This document shows positions 1-12,965 of a stretch of DNA of 64,000 nt, in pieces. Position numbers and translations under genes: made by a program. Under the pieces are notes generated by a model. The model had not been told where the DNA came from, did no database searches, and was given only the letters and a program-made list of their open reading frames with translations. How positions within the stretch are numbered: position 1 is the stretch's first letter; every line of letters starts with the position of its first letter. Source of the DNA: Octopus vulgaris (lineage: Eukaryota); assembly GCA_951406725.2 (NCBI GenBank), contig OX597814.1, forward strand, positions 161,324,001-161,388,000, in the 5' to 3' direction.

Positions 1-214
1 TGCAAGAGTACAGTTCTGTTTGGGAACTGTGATAAACTTGTGAGTATACAGTATTGGATTATGAAGCAAATTAAAATGTTCAGAGAAATGTGGCTTTGTT
101 AATAACTTATTCTCGGCCAATTTGTGATAAAATCAAATAATTTGTTCCTTTATGGGACTCATTCACATTCTCCCTGTGAAGCTTCTAAGGTAATTAAATT
201 CATTAATGATTATA

Positions 215-1406
215 TTGGGTCATCCTATAAATAATGTGTTTTTTTTAATACTTCTTTTATTTTTCAAAATTAAGATAAAAAAGTTCTTTATATAATCTAA
301 AATATACTCTCCTTCATTTTCTACAATGCTCTTCCATCTATCTTCCAAAATTCACTTGTCCATAATGAAAAATACTCCTACAGTACTGTTCTTACCTCAT
401 CTACAGAATTCATATATTTTTGCCCAAATGATTTTGAAGAATGTGGAATAAATGATAATCAGATGGGGCAATGTCATCCTTCCTGTATGTGGCCAAGTAT
501 TATCCTGATGGAAAAACACCTTTCGTCTTGAAAGATAGTCGTTTTTGTTCTAGTGCTGACTTAAGGTGATCAAGCTGCTTGCAGTAGATCTCTTTTGTTA
601 TTGTGTGGTTTAGGTTTAAAAGTTCAAAGTGGACTAAACCTTTCATATCCCAACAAACATATAACAACACCTTATGTGAAAGAAAATCTTCTTTAGCCTG
701 GGGTGCTGGTGTTTCTCCTTTTCCTACCCATTATCTTCAACACTTGACATCTTTATAGAGAACCCATTTCTCGTCACCAGTCACTATTCGGTCCAAAAAA
801 AGTTCATTCGTGAGACATGACAGCAAAGAAGAGCACACATTTACTCACTGTGTGCAATTAAGCTTGGAAAGTTTGTGAGGAACCCATTGACCCAATTTTC
901 TGACTTTTCCGATGGCATGCAGTTGTCGATGAATGGTTGAATGACCAAATTCGATTGTCTCTGCTAGTTCCTCAACAGTTACAATGGGATTTTGTTTCAC
1001 CAGGGTTTGCAGGATGTCCTCGTCAAGCTCTACATATCTTCTAGGAAGAGGCTTGTCTTCTTGGCTGTAGTTTTTGGTTTCTAATTTCTGGAACCACAAT
1101 TGACACTGGCTTATGCTTATTGTCCAATCCTCATATACTGCATTAATATTCCTCGCACTTTCCATTGCATTGTTGCCTTTATTAAACTCATAAAGCAAAA
1201 TATGCCAAATATGCTCCTTTGTCACTTCCATTACAGCTTTGAAAAAATAACTGCTAAAATCAAACTGTACTCTTCAAAACTTGCACAGAATAAATACAAG
1301 GTAAAATTACTACCTGCTTTTATAGCAAGTTGATGCAGGTAGTTTATCCCATCCGACTTTTAGTTCATGCAATTGAAAAAACTGCATTAATTATGGGATG
1401 ACCCAG
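215..1406 (-). mobile_element. Degenerate mariner (Mos1-like) DNA transposon, ~1.2 kb
   Basis: Inverted termini TTGGGTCATCCTATAAATAATG (from 215) and CATTAATTATGGGATGACCCAG (to 1406), with TA on both sides. ORF 845-1231(-) encodes the mariner HTH region and the WVPHKL motif; the rest is disrupted. Confidence 0.9.
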
Positions 1407-1748
1407 TAGCTATTAGGATATAAAGGAAAGCTTAATTCCCCACTCCCCCCAAAAATGCCAATATCATTGAGGCACTTTTTTTATTGTCGTATCAGTTTCA
1501 GTCATTAGACTGTCACCATGCTGAAATACTGCCCTCAAGAGAAATAAGTCCTGATTGATGCCATTACTTATTTTAGTTTGGAACTTATTCTATCAGTCTA
1601 TAATTAATCTAGTGGCCAAGGTACCTTTATGACATACCAGTTTTAAGTGATAGTGTTATATCAAACCTATAAACAACAAACATGGACACATGCACACATA
1701 CATGCACATACATTATACACATCCAAACACATCCACAAACACACTATA

Positions 1749-2990
1749 TCAGGTTGAATAAAAAGTAAGCAACGTTTTGAAATATGAAGAATTTGTACTG
1801 GATTTTTGCAGTGCTTTGAAAAAAAAAAAAAATTTTCATTACAGTTGTCTAATGCCCAAATGCATCAATAAATTAACATTGATATTTTTCTCACTGTTAT
1901 TACAATCCACCTGAAATGGAACTGTCAAATCGTGATATTTGAGCAATATTGCTATTCAACTTCAAAAGAGGAAGTAAAGCAGTTGAAATTGCTTGTGACA
2001 TCAATGAAATGTTTGGTGAGGAATTGACCAGTGAGTGGTCAGCTCGAAAATGGTTTTAAAAGACCTGAGACTTGAAGATCATGAGTGAAGTGGATGCCCA
2101 TCTGTCATCCATGATGGTCAATTAAAGACCATAATTGAGAAATCCATGTAAAACCACTTGGGAACTGGCAAAAGAACTTCAAGTTAGCCAGAAAACTACC
2201 TGCAACCATTTGCATGCAATTAGAAAATCAAAAAAGCTCAACAAACGAGTACCACACGATTTGAATGAAAATCAGAAAATGCGCAGATATGAAATTTGCT
2301 CATTGCTTCTTCTCCATAACCAGACTGACTAATTTCTTGACCATAGTGTAACTTGCGATGAAAAGTGGATTCTGTACAATAATAAAGAACATTCTTTGCA
2401 GTTGTTGGACCAAAATGAAGCACCAAAAACCTTCCTTAAATCCGAGCTTTTCAAAAAGAAGGTTATGGTGACTGTTTGGTGGTGTACTGCTGAATTCATC
2501 CACTATAACTTTTTAAAACCCAGAAAAACCATTACTGCAGAAACATTGCCATGAAATTGCCAAAATCAATGAAAAACTGTTACTCCTCTATCCCAGACTG
2601 GTCAACAGAAGCAGGCCAATAATTCTTCATGACAATGCTTGACCTTACATTTCACTAATGATGCTCCAGAAGTTGAGGGAACTTGGCTACAAAGTTCTTC
2701 CCCACCCAGCTTATTCCCCAGACCTTTCTCCTACCGACTACCACTTTTTCAAGCACCATGATGTTTTCCTGTGAGAGAAGGAGTTACCGATGTTGAAAGC
2801 GTGTTCAAAGAGCTCATCAGCTCTAGAACTCCAGATATTTATGTTCCCGGAATAAACAAACTTGTAACTCATTGCAAAAATGTGTTGATTCTAATGGTAC
2901 TTACTTTGATGAATAAAATTTCTGCATTGTTGAAATATATTGTGATGAATTTCATGTTTCAAAATGTAGCTTACTTTTTACTCAGCCTGA
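1749..2990 (+). mobile_element. Degenerate mariner transposon, family 2, copy 1
   Basis: TIRs TCAGGTTGAATAAAAAGTAAGCAACGTTTTGAAA / TTTCAAAATGTAGCTTACTTTTTACTCAGCCTGA with TA flanks. Fragments read VPHDL, TCDEKW, HDNA and HPAYSPDLSPTDY, with frameshifts and stops. Confidence 0.92.
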
Positions 2991-3313
2991 TATATATAGT
3001 TTGCCTCAAGTGTGTGATGAGTTTCCTCACAGTTTTCATATGCCTATAGACAGAAACTGTGTGGAAGCCTGTTTTATATCACAAAACACCTGTGCCCTCT
3101 GCCCCTACCACTCTCCTTTCCTTCCACATGAGGCCAAGTATGATCTTTCTTTCATGGCTTGACTGCCATCCGTGAAGCATTACATTCCTGTCTCATGGCT
3201 TCCCTCTCTTATGTTCATCTTCTATGTTCCTGCCTCAGAACTTTCACTCTACAGACCTAAGCTCAACTTGATGCATCCTTGTTGATCAAAAGACACCTAT
3301 TGTTAATTTCTTG

Positions 3314-3625
3314 TTATTACCTCCACCTTAGCGAAGGTGGTATTGTTTCCAGTTCTGTTTGTTTGTTTGTCTGTGGACAAGATATCTCAAGAACTGCTGG
3401 ATGGATTCGGATGAAACTTTCAGGGACGTTTGGCCTTGTGACTGGCATGAACTGATTAGATTTTAGGATCGATCTGGTACTGAACAAGGATTCTGGATTA
3501 TTTTTCTTGTTTTTTTACTTAATTTTTGAGAGCAGTTAGGTTCATTTTTAGTAGAGTTTATTTCAGATTTTCTCATTTTAAAAATCATCTCTGGCTAATT
3601 GTTGAGAGGATAAGTGCTCTTGTTT
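3314..3625 (+). mobile_element. Helentron-associated (HINE/DINE-1-like) non-autonomous element
   Basis: Begins TTATTACCTCC...AAGGTGG (short hairpin), has a (GTTT)n/GTCT tract and GATATCTC...GGATGGATTCGGATGAAACTTT, and ends GTGCTCTTGTTT. This layout is recognised from DINE-1/HINE elements. Confidence 0.55.
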
Positions 3626-3940
3626 ATATAGGTAATTGTGTAACTTTTTCTTCATTTTTTTTCGTCCTTGTTGTCGTACACATTCGCTTACTTTCTCCCC
3701 CAAAATTTAATGCTTGTAGCTTAGATTTTTGCGGCCAGCCAGATTTGAACAGTCTCAAGTGTAACTGGCTAAAACTGTTATGATTGTCTGGATACTTGAC
3801 TGATGAGAGATTGCTGTGAATGGCTTGTCCCTGTTTTTTTCTGTCTGTCTTTTTATTGTTTTTCCTGTCCATCTTTTTATTGTCTATCTGTCCAGATGTT
3901 TTATTGTTGTCTGTTGTGTTCTTCTTCCATGTTTTGGACT

Positions 3941-4030
3941 TATATATATATATGCTTACATACATACATATATATATATATGTATATATATGTGTGTGTA
4001 TATATATATATATATATATAAATATATATG

Positions 4031-4079
<49 letters not shown>

Positions 4080-4107
4080 GTGTGTGTATACACACACACA
4101 CACATAT
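3941..4107. repeat. (TA)n/(TATG)n/(CA)n microsatellite
   Basis: Directly visible; it produces spurious YI-repeat ORFs. Confidence 0.95.
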
Positions 4108-5443
4108 GACCATTGTCATCTTCATCATCTGCTTCCCATGCTGGCATGGCGGAGACAGTTTGACTAGAACTGGTAAGCTGGAGAGCTGTACCAGGTTCCA
4201 GTCTGATTTGGCTTGATTTCTATAGCTGGATGCCCTTCCTAACACTGGAATGGTTGCTGCAGAGACAATTATGATGGATGTGGTTTCCTAGTGTTAATTG
4301 TGAATACTTCATGGGATGTTTGGTTTAACTATTTGTCTGTTCTTGTATAACTGAGATTTAATTATTTGTTCATGCATGGTTGAGATTAGTATTTAGCTGT
4401 GTCTGGTGTGCTTTGATAAGTATATTGTCATCTGGTCAGATTGTTTTGTTATGTTATTATTATTTGTTTATGTTATTTGTATAGTCTATTCAGTATTAAT
4501 GTCATTAACATGAGAATGTCATTTATGCTGAGGAGAATAGGTATTAAAGCAAATATTTGACATGTTTGCTTATCACAAGTTGATAACAAGAATTCTTTCT
4601 TGTTAATCTAATAATTCTATTGTTGTTTGTTGTATGGAGTCCACATCATTGCTGATCAAGCTGACCTATTATAAAATAGGTTCTTACCATGACTGTCCTA
4701 CCTATTTTTTCAGGTATAATGTACCATTGATGATATTATCAAATATGTATATACTTTTTTAATGACACTGGAATGTGCTTTGAGAGATTTGACTACTATT
4801 TCTAGAAAGTTGAGTGACCATGTAGAAGCATCGTCAACAGCTTTTAATAATTATATTTAATTTAATATATATGTGAAGGAAATTTCTTCTATTTAACTCG
4901 TTCCATGTGCTTGGTGGGTTGTAAAAGAGATTGAGCAGATAAAGGATTATGTTAGAGGATAATAAGCTATATGCTATATTTATATGTGATCTCAAATTAA
5001 ATACTTTATGGTATCTTGTTCAAGTAACTAATCTTGGTAGGTTTGACAAGGGCTTTTGGTTTTCAGTGGATACATTAGTTCTTGAGTTGTGTCATTTAGT
5101 TATGTTCTTCCATTTACTGTGTGTAGTTGAAAAAAAAAAAAAAAATTATGGTATAATGATGTTTGTAGTTATTCAAATAGTTTTACTATTTATTTTATAA
5201 TTTTTTCTCCCTTCATTTGTGTAAATAGATGAATTTTTGGGTTTTCTATGCGAAAGTCTTATACAAGTTTCAATATCATACTTATTTCAAAGTTGCTCTT
5301 GAATATTTTCTTGAAATTTGGGAAGTATTTCATAATTTTAATTTTTTTTATTGGTTTGGTCTTGAAGAAGGGTCTGTTCCCAAGGCCTTTGCAGGTATTC
5401 CAAAACTGGTAACTGATAATCATTTTATCATTTGAAGCTTACT

Positions 5444-5644
5444 AAGGCAGCAAAATAATGGAATTATTACATGCTCTGTGGCATTTATTCAGGCCCTTTA
5501 TATTCTGAATTCAAATCCCATCTGGGTAAACTTAGCCTTTCCTCTTTTTGGAGGTTGATAGAATAAATCACCACTTGAGTCAATAGTATTGACTTAACTC
5601 CTCCTCTCAAAATGTTTGGCCTTGTGCCTAATTCAGAAATCATT
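5444..5644 (+). mobile_element. tRNA-derived SINE (family B) with 14-bp target-site duplication
   Basis: ATTTGAAGCTTACT at 5430-5443 and 5645-5658; B-box-like TTCAAATCC; body resembles the copies at 19284, 28299 and 32160. Confidence 0.75.
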
Positions 5645-5820
5645 ATTTGAAGCTTACTGATTAGAGGTTTACTTTACAACTTGTCTGTTCTGTATTTCAG
5701 CAAAGTTAGCAACCAATTAACAATTATCAAATTACTTTTGTAATATACAGTTAAAAATACCAGCTAAACATTTATCTATGTATTTGTTTTTACATATTAT
5801 CACTCTGTTTTACTTTTCAG

Positions 5821-5846
5821 ATTCTGAGGAAAGAGAAGCTTCAGAA
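5821..5846 (+). CDS. SVIL: 26-nt coding microexon of the supervillin-like gene (xSEEREASE), phase 1 to 0
   Basis: Polypyrimidine acceptor TTTTACTTTTCAG| and consensus donor GAA|GTAAGT. Open frame; its phase-0 end matches the phase-0 start of the exon at 9499. Confidence 0.7.
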
Positions 5847-6702
5847 GTAAGTAATCTTGCCTTTTCTAATTTCATATTAAGTCCTCTTATGCAGGATATT
5901 CATTTTAAATCAAATTTATGTTGTATAAATGAAATTTTAATTTGAATCTGTAGATTTTAAATCTTTTCTTTCTGTTGTGTCTTTTTCTGCATTTAGTTCT
6001 TTACTTTGTTTAGAAAAGCACAGTGATGATGATAAAGAAGTGCTAACTTTTATTTCTGCATATAGACTTAAGCTTCAACTTAGATCCTTCCACATTGTGA
6101 AATTCCTAATCTTCCTCCAGTGTGCTTGATCTACAGTTGTTCCTGCACCTGCAGGTCCTTGTACATTGAGGTATTCTTAGAATGTCCAGTTCCAAGTGCT
6201 CTTGACTCTTTTCCTATTATCTTTCTTCCAGTGTTTATGTTAGTGCCATATTTACATGTTGAGTAATTGGCAGATGCAAATGTGACCATGATTTTTTACA
6301 GTGACTGAGATTTAATTCATAGAGGGGATTTTCTCAATTGAAGTCTGTCCCACCAGCTGACTCTGATGATTTTCATTAGACATCATTGATACAATATGTC
6401 TAGCTTCTTGGCCAACTTCAACATTTTTTATGTATCACAACCATATAGAACCATCAGCAGAACTAAAGCCATATTTTCATGTCAGCATTTATGCTGTTTG
6501 TCAGCAAGATTTAATGCAGTTTCTGAAATATGGTCTGTGTTTTGCCAATTCTGCAATTTACATTACTTTCTAGGCTTACATCACTACTGATTACACAGCC
6601 TAGACAAGAGAAATTGTCCACATTTTCCATATCTACTGCCTGATAAAGAAGGCATGATGGTTTGTGGTTTTAATCTGCATTCTCATACACACACACACAC
6701 AC

Positions 6703-6738
<36 letters not shown>

Positions 6739-6920
6739 TTAATGTCCACTTTCCATGCTGCCATGGGTAGGATGGTTTGACAAGGAATGGTGAGCTGCAG
6801 GATTACATTGAGCTCTAATGTCAACTTTGGCATGGCTTCTATTGCTGGATGCCCTTCCTAATGCCAACCACTTTCCAGAGAATATACTGAGTGCTTTTTT
6901 CATGCTACTTGCACTAGTGA
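6703..6920 (-). mobile_element. RTE-type LINE/SINE 3' end with (CAT)n tail
   Basis: (CAT)n followed by TTTAATGTCCACTTTCCATGCTG...GGATGCCCTTCCTAATGCCAACCAC. The same terminus recurs near 4110, 33900, 41325, 51640 and 56190. Confidence 0.6.
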
Positions 6921-9498
6921 GATTGCTGTGTAACTTGTATGATAGCAAAGAACAAAGTAAAAATAAAAGGAAAAAGCTCCTACTATTAAGAGGGAATATT
7001 TGGGACAGAAAGGTAGTGATGGGTGGCTGTATGCCAGGTGTTGAAAGGGAGAAGCATAGGTATTTTGTTATAGAGGAGATAAGGCAAAGATGATGATGGG
7101 ATGCTAGAGCAAACTCTCAAGGAACAAGAAGATGAACATAAGAAGAGACATGCACAGTGGATCATGGAAGGGGATGAGAGAGTGGATGCTTTAAGAGTGT
7201 TAGGAGGGAGTAAACAGGTGGAGGTTGAGGTTAATGTTAAATTTTTGGAGGGGATAAAATGTAATATGTGTTATATTGCTCTTAGGTGAGTACAACAACT
7301 GCTTAGTACCACAAATAATGGGGAAGAAATGCTTGATGTGTCAGGGAATGGTGTGAGTGGTTACAGGGCTTTAATGCATACAAACATAATTGGGTGGATT
7401 TGGGATGCAATTTTTGTTGTAATGAGTCATCCTGAGCACAGTAAAACATCACTCATCTTGGTCCTTTGTCATCTCCATAGGGCTCAACATCTTGAAATCA
7501 GCCTTCAGTACTTCACCCCATGTCTTCCTGGGTCTCGCTCAACCATGAGTTTCATCCAATTGAAGCAATTGACACTTATTTATGCAACTGTTGTCATCCA
7601 CACCACATCACATGTAGTCATCTCTCTTGCATGCTACATATAATTCCTCTGATGACTTACATTTTTCTCAATACTGTTGCACTTTATCATACAGGCACAC
7701 TAACATTGCACATCTAGTGGAGTGTACTGACTCCGTTCCTGCATTCAGCATCCACATGCACGTGTGTGCACACACACATACACACACACACACACACACA
7801 CATGTACATACATGTGTGTGTGTGTTTCGCAGTAGAGGAGGAACATGTCTACCTCAGGTGGAGAGAAATATAAGGTGATGATGTGACCAGTATATACCCA
7901 AGTTACAGGAAGGTGTATATGGTGAAGTGGACTGAGGATGGGAGGGGTGAGTGGGTGGATAAATTCTGAGGTTGCAAAACAGAGTGGGAGATAGAGGAGG
8001 GAATTTAGTGAGTAGGCACAGGTAGAGAGAGGAGGTATTAGGAGAATATGTTGTGGGGAAGATACACACAAATGTTCTCAGTTTTATTAAGTGGTAAGGA
8101 AAGAAAACAAAATGTTTAATTTTAGAGAATACATTACTTTTAGTATTGGTGTGAACTAAGAAAAGAAAAAATGCATGTGCTAAGCTAGTTATTAGAATGG
8201 AAATGAATCAGAAAATATAATGATGAAAATTAAATTATTCTATTTATTACTAGCTTATTTCAGATTTGTATTGACTATTATTAGCATAAGCCTAAGTTAT
8301 CAATAGTATAAAAATACTAAATATTTACCGAACTTTATATTTTAGCTTCTTCTGCAACTATTATAAAAATGATTTCCAAATTAGAAATTGTTGCATTTTC
8401 CAAATTAGCTGTGTCAGATTGTTATTATTTACGTTTATTACTTGTTTCTAATTCGTTACATTACTCAGGTGTTTATCTATTTCTAAAATTTATTAAAACC
8501 GTCAAATCTTGGATTATTCACATTAATTTTCCTATCAGGTACCTAATATTAAACTGTATTTACTATGTAAGATACCATTTTTTGTTGCAGAAATGTGATA
8601 AATACATTTGTTTTTTATATTTATCTGTTAGCTACAAATACAATGCTGTTTTGTTTGGTTCAAAATATTTAAGGCCAAAGCGGATGGGATTGGCTTGTAA
8701 CCTGTTGAGATATTTCTAGGGAGGAAAGATTTAGTATACTTTCATTTAGGTTACTTTGGTTTTCCTTGAAGCATTGTAAATTTACTGTCGTAGAAGAAAA
8801 CAGGCAAGTGAGGTTGTATTACAGTCTATTAAAGATATACGTGTTTTAATGTTTTTTTTTTTTATAAATGTTTCCTTACAACTGTCGAGTTATATATATT
8901 TAACTTGTACAGCAAAGTTTATATTTGTTTTATGAACTAAAAGGACACTATGTAGCTAAAGTATATTATTCCCATTGCTTAACTGTCATATTTCTTTCTA
9001 TTTTATGTAATCTTTCATTGGAATAGATTATATCTATATTTTGTTTTTACAACTTAATACTGATGAGAATAGAACTGAAAAGTGTGTTTATTTTCTGTCC
9101 TTTATATTTTAAATGTTAGTTGTAATTGTGTTAGTAATAATGAGTTGCTGAGGTTAATGAATGTGAATTTGCTTCTAGCACCTGGGTGATGGTGCTTTTT
9201 AATATACAAATAACTTCTCACCAGAACAACCAGTGTGTAACTCATTAAAGGATCTTGCCCTTCTTTGTTTCATAGATCTAGCATTTATTCATTCTCTCTC
9301 TGTTAGTGTTTTGTATATTCTCAAAGAGGATAATTTAATTGTATATTTTGTAAACTTTATCATTTATTTTATTAAATACTATCGACTATCTTTTAAAAGT
9401 TTATCTGTATATAATGATATTCTGTGGCCACAGTTCAGTGGCTGGAGCTGGTACAAGAATATTAATTTTGGAAACTTTTTTTTTCTTTTAACTTTCAG

Positions 9499-12400
9499 TA
9501 CTTGTCTGTTTCTGATGGTTCAACAAGTAATAAGACATTTTCTGAACCTTCTAATGTCAATGTAATGAGCTCACGAAATGCTTATTCTACAGCACGTAAC
9601 ATACCTAATACTTCTGCTGCTGGTTTAGAAGGAAAGAGAATTAGTAATATCACTACTTCAGAATCAGAAAGGGAATTAACAAGTGAAAGTGAAAGATTTA
9701 TTTGCAATGCAAAACCTAAGATACCATCTTATGCAAAAGTGCAAAGCACTAGTTCAAAAGCTATGGATTCTCAACAGCCAAATATCTCTTCAATACCCGC
9801 AGAGCCTCAGAAGAATGATTTTACCACAGATCATGTTCAACAATCTCTTTATTCATCAAAAAATGCAATAAGATTATCAAATACTGCAGAAACAACTCAT
9901 AATATACATTCTGGAGGACTGTCTATAAAAAATAAATTGGTTCACACAAATAAAAATGAAGATGTAGATTCACGATCTAAACTAGTTTCTCATGATACAT
10001 CAAAAACCATTGGTGCTAAGGTGACCAACAAAATACCTTCTGTTACAACCAAAAGTACTGATGGTGCAACAGTTCCAAAAACAGTACCTGGTGCAACAAA
10101 GAGCATTGATACTTTAGGGGTTTCTAAAACAGCACTAACTGCTGCAAAAACTACAACTACAACAGTAACTCCTAAAACATCACCAACTGTAATGAAAACC
10201 ACCAATACTGCAGTGGTTTCCAAATCAGCACTTGCTGCCAAGAAGACCACTGATGCTACATTGGCTTCTAAAGGAGCTCCTGTTGTAACGAAATCTACTG
10301 ATACTACAGTAGCTTCAAGAACATCATCTGTTACAACAAAAGCTCTTAGTACAACAGTGGTCTCCAAAACAGCACCTGTAGCAACAAAAACGATTGATGC
10401 TACAGTGGCCCCTAAAACAGCACCTGTGGCAACAAAAACGACTGATGCTACAGTGGCCCCTAAAACAGCACCTGTGGCAACAAAAACGATTGCTGCTACA
10501 GTGGCCCCTAAAACAGCACCTGTGGCAACAAAAACGATTGCTGCTACAGTGGCCCCTAAAACAGCACCTGTGGCAACAAAAACAATTGATACTACAGTGG
10601 CCCCTAAAACAGCACCTGTGGTAACAAAAACTGTTGATGCCACAGTGGCCCCCAAATCAGCACCTGCAGTAACAAAAACTGTTGATGCTACAGTGGCCCC
10701 CACAACAGCACCTGTGCCAATGAAAACTGCTAATGCTACAGTAGCTCTTAAAACGGAATCTGTTGTAACAAAAACCACTAATGCAACATTGGTTCCTAAA
10801 ACAGCTCCTGTTGCAAAAGTGGCTTCCACCACTGCAACAAATACCAGTGATACTAAACTAGCTGCTGACACAACACCTTCATCAAGCGTCAGTAATACTA
10901 CACTGGTTCTAAAGACACCAACAACTGTACCAAAGACAACAGACTCAGCAGTAGATCCTAAAATAGCAACTACTATGACAACGACCACTAATACCTCTAG
11001 TACAACTGACTCTCCTCAGACTTTGACCTCTACAACAAAGAGCTTAGATACAACGATGGCACCTCAAGCCTTACCAACTGCAGCAAAGCTCATACATACA
11101 ACAATGGCTTCAAAAACAGAACCTACTGCAACAAAAATTACAGATTCTACAGTAGCTTCTCAAATACCATCAACTGTGACAATGAACACAGCTACAGAGT
11201 TGGATCAAAAAGTTCCTTATACCCTAATGGCTCCTGTAATAGCATCAACTAAAACAAAAACCACAGATATTAAAACAACAAGCTTGGTAACAAAAACTAC
11301 AGAAATTGCAGCAACTTCTCAACCAACACCTACTACCACAAAAACGTTAGGTGCTACAACATCTTCAAGTACAATTCAAACTACAACAAAATCCACAGAT
11401 AGCACAGTTTCTCTTAAAACACTTCCTGTTACAACAAGTGTAACATCAGCTTCTAAAGCAATGCCTGCTACAATTACTAATGCAAATAATGTAATTAGCC
11501 AAACAACTGGTATTACTTTAAAATCTCCAGAGACTACAATGTCTCCTAAAGTAATACTAACTACAACAAAACCTACAGATACTACTGTGACTGATAACTT
11601 GACCTCTGTTGTAGAAAAAACCACCGATTTTGTTGGGATTCCTCAAAAATTGCCCACTGCAGGAAAGACAACAGAGACAGCTGTAGTTACTACAGTTGCA
11701 AGTGTAGAGCCGAGTATTAAGACCAAACAAATAATTTCTGAACCTAAAACTGTTACTACCTCTGTTGAAAGATCAAGTGCTACTGACTCAATTACAGGAC
11801 CAAAAGCTAGTGCCACAGCTGTAACTCCAACACCAGTTGCATTTACATCTGAAGGTACAGCTGTAGCCTCAAAAATAGTGACTACTGCAATTAAGAATAC
11901 TGACACGATTACAGTAACAACAAAAGAACCAATATCTAAAACAACAGAAACGGTGACAGTAACAAAAAGTATGACCACTCCAACTGAAACTTTATCCACC
12001 AGCACAACTGTCAGTCAGCCCACTATAACTAAACCCACTGATACTATTGATATTACGAAATCTGTGGATAAGATTCAAGGTGTGAATTTAGCAGCAGTGA
12101 ATGGAACTGTTGAAGAAAAGAAAGTAGCAACTATAGAAGCTAAAAAACCATCTAAGGAAATCCACAAAGCTAATACTGTTGAAACCAGTTCTACAGTGCA
12201 GAGTACTGTAAACATTAAAAATCTACCAACTCCATCTGACATCAGTAGTATGGGCAAGCTTTCTGAGACACCAACTGTGAAGTCTGATATGACAATGAAC
12301 AGTAATGTATATGCACCTACAGCTGCTGATTTAGATAAAACAAATATTTCATCAATGGCACAAACTAATATTTCTTTATCTAAAACCACAAAAACATCCC

Positions 12401-12965
12401 TTCCTACACAAACATCAGCAACTTTAACAGGAACCTTAGAAAATGTAGCAGTCACTGAATCTAAGGATACAGCTCACACTAAAGTATATACTAAAGTATT
12501 ATCTTCTGACACTAAAACAGATGTTTCTTCTGATACTAATGTTGTAGGCCTGACTGGGGCTTCAGAGAAAATCATAGACACTAATAAAAAGACACCTTTT
12601 TCAACATCTGACATAAAAGGCAAATCATTAGAAAGATCTTTATCACTTACTTCCTCAACACTCATCATGTCAACAAAAACATCAAAAGACAATGATGAGA
12701 ACAGGGATGAGATAAAAAAGACAGCTACTTCAAATACTGTATTACAATTCTCTAAACATAGGAAAAGCGAAGGTTCAATTGATACTCCTCACTTAAGCAT
12801 TCATCGAGGTATCTTAAAGCGCACTTCTTCTCTGCACAAGCAAAATTCATGTTCTGAAGAAATGGATCCAGAGCTAGCACATGTCTTCCAGTCCAGGAGA
12901 AGTAAAGAGGAAACTGATGAGGATACTTTTGAACAAGATGTTTTTGATGAAAGTCAATATCTTCG
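9499..12965 (+). CDS. SVIL: Giant 3467-nt exon of the supervillin-like gene; Thr/Ala/Lys/Pro-rich repeats, ending in RGILKR and MDPELAHVFQSRR; phase 0 to 2
   Basis: Acceptor TTTTAACTTTCAG|TAC, a 1155-codon stop-free frame, and donor CG|GTAAGT. The phase matches the next exon. Confidence 0.88.
10351..10830 (+). repeat. Coding 48-nt tandem repeat (unit ATVAPKTAPVATKT[I/T/V][D/A]), homogenised core
   Basis: Near-identical copies of GCTACAGTGGCCCCTAAAACAGCACCTGTGGCAACAAAAACGATTGAT; degenerate 16-aa periodicity continues on both sides. Confidence 0.92.

Noticed and set aside
10351-10830. CRISPR-like repeat array
   Set aside because: The units are contiguous with no unique spacers, are in-frame coding, and sit in a eukaryotic context with no cas genes.
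9990-12692. Val/Ala-rich antisense ORFs (332 aa and shorter)
   Set aside because: They are shadows of the Thr/Ala/Lys codon bias and tandem repeat of the sense exon; no independent coding evidence.
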